A stretch of 64,000 nucleotides of DNA from Thermoplasmatota archaeon (lineage in GTDB: Archaea; Thermoplasmatota; Penumbrarchaeia; Penumbrarchaeales; Penumbrarchaeaceae). The stretch spans positions 32,001-96,000 of the forward strand of contig CBDDUX010000040.1 in the NCBI GenBank assembly GCA_965234725.1, in the 5' to 3' direction. The notes below the pieces were generated by a model. It had not been told where the DNA came from. It did no database searches and worked only from the letters and a program-made list of their open reading frames with translations. This document shows, in pieces, positions 60,801-64,000 of this stretch (positions are counted from its first letter, which is position 1; each line of letters opens with the position of its first letter). Both the position numbers and the translations under genes were made by a program.

Positions 60801-61346
60801 GTACAGATGCAATTAGAGGTCCAGGACACGATCGACTCCTGCTGTTCCACATTACAAGGGATCATACCATACCTTCATACTATCGAGCAGAACCTCTCAT
60901 CCGGGAACATAGATGTCCTTTCACGAATAGATGTTCTGGAAGGTTTGATGATCGATCTTTCCAACACCACTGTCAATGAGATCAGGTCCGGTGTGACCGA
61001 ACTGATGGATTACCTGTTGGGATTGAACACATCTGAAGCGCAAAGACATGCACTGACATTATCCGAGATGCTTCAACAACTGGATCAGCTCAATTCATCA
61101 TTATTCGATCATATGGATGATATTCAATCAGCCCTAGATGCCCTTTCCCAACTGACTGACATAGTGGAAGATCTCGGAACACTTGAGGCACAGGTTGAAA
61201 GCACACAGGGAAATGTGGAGGATGGAAATGATCAGAATACGATCCTCCTGATCGCACTAATAATCGGTGTTATCATCTCCTTGATCCTTATCATCCTACT
61301 GGTTATCAGGACCGGCAAGGAATATGATGTTCTGGAAGAGACCTGA
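57888..61346 (+). CDS. surface protein: NosD/pectin-lyase-like beta-helix, Ig-like domains, long coiled-coil stalk, C-terminal TM
   Basis: YSTIQDAIDDA.PGDT, many N/I-rich beta-helix rungs, GGNHWSDY, DLYPL; heptad-rich final ~280 aa; TM. Confidence 0.85.
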   Translation: MKGVNFLSLALALTMVLSAFGMIFNVLEIDLAGTADGKVLNVPGSYSTIQDAIDDADPGDTVLIGNGTYTEILSIGKSLILKGNSTNFVNIISYGSGDMITVTSDDVSISKMTLEHRGLIGEGSCIHVQGVENVSINSVKTFSATGSGILLNGSDLCKVFDIEAWGNKNGITVNSSDDNEIAMCHVHDNSVSGIFLWGGSDNNSVDSCFLTDNEDYGLRSVVSTLQNRNEILNCTMNYSKIAAIYLDGNNTNWVITNNHINDTDGIETLKSQGLIASYNSITNFTHNGVFLYESVDCEINDNFLVSENSIGHVGITLQRTNFTSVHNNIFGENSIGVLGIGPFNHNNDVYSNDLENTDMGIWFAHATAINIYDNNLICSSGAIYLDNTSNVLVSDNIIQNSPDGIVFYVSNGSNIINNKISNCTYGFKSDDLSTSTIESNSMYECSRGFQVKDSKHLAIKNNVIELGFTSIFTDNLVHSSIMGNRIVDARFHGMYINGPSTPSMLEIIENQLFSNELGILIFNGSDISLGMNIIEDSVIFGLDLGFSTSNILIDHNIFIGNNPGDDQTNDDGTGNKWNLPWPDGGNHWSDYEGRDIYKGISQDIPGMDGFGDTPHPIGGSAGSEDLYPLIDPSGSFPSGDIIITSHVHGEHVSGMELFEADVTIPIINSVIWSVNGMQLGVDVSYPYQLILDTTHFPDGTLLNITAEADIPGTDNKVDEVQVKVSNDVLMGPFVDISTAKLLYHPDQLGTALIDTNDQTPFCKEVRIILNLNDPLENTLFISDGIYLLNDQWSLPFPIPSDAELGEWSLNITVFGQAGGAVLWFDNERSLFEVIGDNTYDRMTSLQDGLSILDFQNSSLNQLLDMFSVFQEDLLYMNETNEFYFTSILMALETVETNLALKIDGMNSDFLDLLNLRLTDISDLLNSISGELNIELNDIDSSITSLDLRLEECCNNTAELIMALNSSINEHMVQMQLEVQDTIDSCCSTLQGIIPYLHTIEQNLSSGNIDVLSRIDVLEGLMIDLSNTTVNEIRSGVTELMDYLLGLNTSEAQRHALTLSEMLQQLDQLNSSLFDHMDDIQSALDALSQLTDIVEDLGTLEAQVESTQGNVEDGNDQNTILLIALIIGVIISLILIILLVIRTGKEYDVLEET

Positions 61347-61444
61347 TTACCGCTACAATGACCGAAATGGACCCTTTAAAAACTAACGATCAGGAATAGC
61401 CTGATTGAAACACCCCGGAATCCGGGTGACCAATACAATCGATA

Positions 61445-61681
61445 TCAATATCTGTTCCTGACCCGGATGAAATAGTATATGAGTGCGCCAATCCAACCAA
61501 GTAAGACGATTATCAGGATCCAGATCAATCTGTTGTTGTTCTCATTCGTTTCATTCTTGACGCAATCCACAACAGCCCAGATCATAAAGACCAGACCGAT
61601 AAGATTGATTAAAATGGCCCCGCACCATACTGCTCCGAAGGCGACCCCCAAATCCATGATCATTCCTCTTCCTCGAACCAT
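61445..61681 (-). CDS. PLDc N-terminal-like small membrane protein
   Basis: IWAVVDC...RLIWILIIVLLGWIGALIYYF. Confidence 0.82.
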   Translation of the reverse strand: MVRGRGMIMDLGVAFGAVWCGAILINLIGLVFMIWAVVDCVKNETNENNNRLIWILIIVLLGWIGALIYYFIRVRNRY

Positions 61682-61773
61682 GATTGTTATTCTAATCTAA
61701 TTATTTACCGTATAATTTTTACCTGGATTGAATTGAAATCTACCCCATACCATGGTTTGCAGCTTGACCACTT

Positions 61774-62331
61774 TCAATTCCTGTCCACATACCGGTAATC
61801 CACAGTCCATCTGTATTCATTCCCAGGATCCTCTTCTCTTAGGGCTTCAGAATGATAATAATATGGGTACTGGTCCCCGCAGTGTAAAAGCGTGAGTTCA
61901 ACCGTGAATGTAAGGGGCCTGGAGATCGAGTCGTTCTGGACGAGATCCCCCTCAATGTATACATATGTCCTGCCTTCACAGTACTCCGAATTCACATTGG
62001 ATGAAGTTTGGTCGATCCTTTCACCATCGGTCACTCTCAGAGTAAATGTATCTCCCTCGTTATGATAGGAACCAGCCCTATCCAGAGGAGGTTCGTCTTC
62101 CCAGTTGATGATCGCCTTCATATGAATGAGGAATTGGAAATCGGTAAGTTCAAGTTTGAAAAGTATGGTTGTGGCTTCTTCCTCAAGATAACCGGAACCA
62201 CTAAAGGAATCTTCAAATGGGGTTCCAACAAGTCTATCCTCCGATTCAATATCCGGGCCACTGATCCCCATACAACCAGAGACCATAATGAAGAATACCG
62301 ATATTGATGACAAAGCTATCATCGTCTTCAT
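61774..62331 (-). CDS. putative lipoprotein (WxDE domain)
   Basis: lipobox-like VSGC; paralog of the next gene. Confidence 0.75.
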   Translation of the reverse strand: MKTMIALSSISVFFIMVSGCMGISGPDIESEDRLVGTPFEDSFSGSGYLEEEATTILFKLELTDFQFLIHMKAIINWEDEPPLDRAGSYHNEGDTFTLRVTDGERIDQTSSNVNSEYCEGRTYVYIEGDLVQNDSISRPLTFTVELTLLHCGDQYPYYYHSEALREEDPGNEYRWTVDYRYVDRN

Positions 62332-62446
62332 TTTCTCTCGACCGTGATGATCATATTCACTTCGGTAGTATAAAATGAATTCCAGATCGGTGATTGATCG
62401 GTCAGGTTTTCAAGGATTCCCGGGTGGAGGAATGGTAAATAGTGGT

Positions 62447-63013
62447 CTATGATTTGTCCAGATACTCATATTCCAGTCTCCATGCATATGAGTTTCCCTC
62501 GTCTATTATCTTATCATTTCCTGTAAGGGAGTTCATGGGATACTGGTCCTCGCAGCTTATGAGAGTGAGCAGGATCGTGATCGTCAGAGGTCTAGTGAGC
62601 GTCTGATTATCAATATTATCGGACGGATAACTCAAAACAATAATACCCTGGCCATCTATAATATTCGGTGCACTCCCCAATACAGAAACATGCTCACCGT
62701 TTGACAATATTGCTGTAAAAATATCGGGATAATTGGTGTAATGCCTTGCTCTGTTCGCCGGATCCTCATCGTACCAGTTCAATATGAACATCATTCGGGT
62801 CACGAATTGGTTCTCCTTCAGTTCCATTGATAATAATTCCTCACTGTTACCCTCTGTCAAGTAACCCGTTCCCTCTTCATATCCTTCAATTGTTTCACCC
62901 AGGCCCGATGAACCGACCATCATTTGATCCTGTCCGATCTCAATGCATCCAGAACCTAGAAGGATGGTAATTATTGAAATTGGAATTATGAATTTCGTCT
63001 CCATCTTCCTCAC
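62447..63013 (-). CDS. putative lipoprotein (WxDE domain), tandem paralog
   Basis: lipobox-like GSGC; shares GxGYLxE, WxDE, DQYP, DxGNxY motifs with 61774-62331. Confidence 0.75.
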   Translation of the reverse strand: MRKMETKFIIPISIITILLGSGCIEIGQDQMMVGSSGLGETIEGYEEGTGYLTEGNSEELLSMELKENQFVTRMMFILNWYDEDPANRARHYTNYPDIFTAILSNGEHVSVLGSAPNIIDGQGIIVLSYPSDNIDNQTLTRPLTITILLTLISCEDQYPMNSLTGNDKIIDEGNSYAWRLEYEYLDKS

Positions 63014-63076
63014 ATGTCAGGATTATGTATTGTATCAAATAATATACAAAATTTTTCCAGACATGTGAAAATGAAT

Positions 63077-63114
63077 AAAAAAAAACGGGGGTGGGAAGGA
63101 TCCCACCCCTTTTT
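63077..63114 (-). terminator. hairpin + T-tract terminator of the rpl10-rpl12 operon
   Basis: GGGGTGGGA-AGGA-TCCCACCCC with an A9 run on + (U-tract on -). Confidence 0.78.
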
Positions 63115-63144
63115 GTTCAACTATCGTTGATCTTCTTCTTTTAT

Positions 63145-63456
63145 TTAGCCAAAGAGGGCACCGAGTCCGGCCATTGCTTCTTCTTCTGTTGGGCCTTCCT
63201 CTTCCTCTGGCTCTTCTTCCTTCTTTTCCTCTGCAGGAGCTCCTCCGGCGGCGGCCGGAGCGGCGGCAGCGGGGGCGGAAGCCACAGCTGTCTTCATGGC
63301 CTCCTCTATGTTGACACCCTCGAGGGATGTCACGACTGCCTTGACCCTTGCGGCCTCGACTGTGACGCCGGCGGCCTCGAGGACCTTTTTAAGGTCGCTC
63401 TCGTTGATCTTCTTTCCTGCTGAGTGAAGTAGAAGGGCACCGTATATGTATTCCAT
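63145..63456 (-). CDS. rpl12: 50S ribosomal protein P1/L12
   Basis: [11 protein letters not shown], Ala-rich hinge, [13 protein letters not shown]. Confidence 0.97.
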   Translation of the reverse strand: MEYIYGALLLHSAGKKINESDLKKVLEAAGVTVEAARVKAVVTSLEGVNIEEAMKTAVASAPAAAAPAAAGGAPAEEKKEEEPEEEEGPTEEEAMAGLGALFG

Positions 63457-63501
63457 TTTTCATACCTCCTATCTTTGATCTTTCTTTTCTCCGAGACATG
63501 C

Positions 63502-63999
63502 TCATCCGAATAGGGCTCCAAGTCCAGCCATGGCTTCCTCTTCGCCCACTTCTTCCTCCTCGGCCTCTTCCTCGCCTCCCCCATCGGCATCTCCCTTTTC
63601 GGGAGTCGCTGTCTGGGTCGGATCTGCGGCCTGAGCCGCGGCCGCTCCTGCGACGAGAGCCTGGAGGTCATCATCGAGTGCATCGGCACTCATGAGCCTC
63701 GCCAAGGCGAGCATGCCTCCGTAGGCCTTGGAGAGTATTAGGTCCGTTGTATCCTTTGTAAGGATACCGGCATAGGTGGCCAGGCTCAATGCCTGCATCC
63801 TGGCCTTCTGAACGATCGGTACTGCTGTCTGCGGTGTCATATATGCAGAGAACACCGCCAGATTGAATGCCATCTGGACCCCGTAGGTCAGATTCTGTTT
63901 GTAGGCATCCATATCTATATCGAGATCGGAGGGTTTGTAGATCAATCCCTCTTCCCACGCCCCATCAATGGTTATTCCAACCTGGAAAGGGAAGATCTC
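63502..63999 (-). CDS. rpl10: 50S ribosomal protein P0/L10 (5'-partial)
   Basis: frame open to the window end (EIFPFQVGIT..GLIY); stalk-binding helices; [13 protein letters not shown] tail. Confidence 0.93.
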   Translation of the reverse strand, partial: EIFPFQVGITIDGAWEEGLIYKPSDLDIDMDAYKQNLTYGVQMAFNLAVFSAYMTPQTAVPIVQKARMQALSLATYAGILTKDTTDLILSKAYGGMLALARLMSADALDDDLQALVAGAAAAQAADPTQTATPEKGDADGGGEEEAEEEEVGEEEAMAGLGALFG

Positions 64000-64000
64000 C

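Noticed and set aside
63145..63545. Identical C-termini ([13 protein letters not shown]) of two adjacent genes
   Set aside because: Known shared tail of archaeal P0 and P1 stalk proteins, not a mobile-element duplication.
1..64000. tRNA, rRNA, IS elements, integrases, cas genes
   Set aside because: Intergenic regions were read and none showed cloverleaf or T-loop signatures, terminal inverted repeats with a transposase, or recombinase motifs. A tRNAscan-SE/Infernal run would be needed to exclude small RNAs.

Overview
Archaeal chromosomal window: it has an archaeal TBP, the P0/L10 and P1/L12 ribosomal stalk genes, and BRE/TATA promoters with GGAGGTGA-type Shine-Dalgarno sites. The gene repertoire suggests Thermoplasmatota, which is an inference. 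Housekeeping blocks are mutS, thyX-Znf-pgi, pycB-pycA, hcp, trxA, carbamate kinase, a proline/sarcosine-dehydrogenase-like pair, nnr, amrS, tbp, folD, a Na+-type membrane pyrophosphatase and rpl12/rpl10. They are interspersed with large membrane-anchored surface proteins and an AT-richer accessory zone at about 24.5-36.1 kb. Main leads: (1) a ~4 kb island bracketed by a diverged 45-nt duplication of a cupin gene 3' end, carrying a translationally coupled FN3 / anchored protein / multi-TM / radical SAM-SPASM operon; (2) a 2,208-aa anchored protein combining >20 DxDxDG repeats, a fascin-like trefoil, a beta-propeller and an internal pore-forming-like hydrophobic segment; (3) a possible adaptin/coatomer-appendage-like protein behind tbp; (4) an unnamed WxDE..YxNxxDxF domain shared by a CPBP protease and two lipoproteins; (5) a membrane PPase with a fused extracellular domain; (6) an unannotated 28-aa ORF convergent with a His-to-Gln Fic/Doc gene; (7) strong over-representation of GGWCC. 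No rRNA, tRNA, CRISPR array, integrase or transposase was recognised. All calls are by eye; no searches were run.
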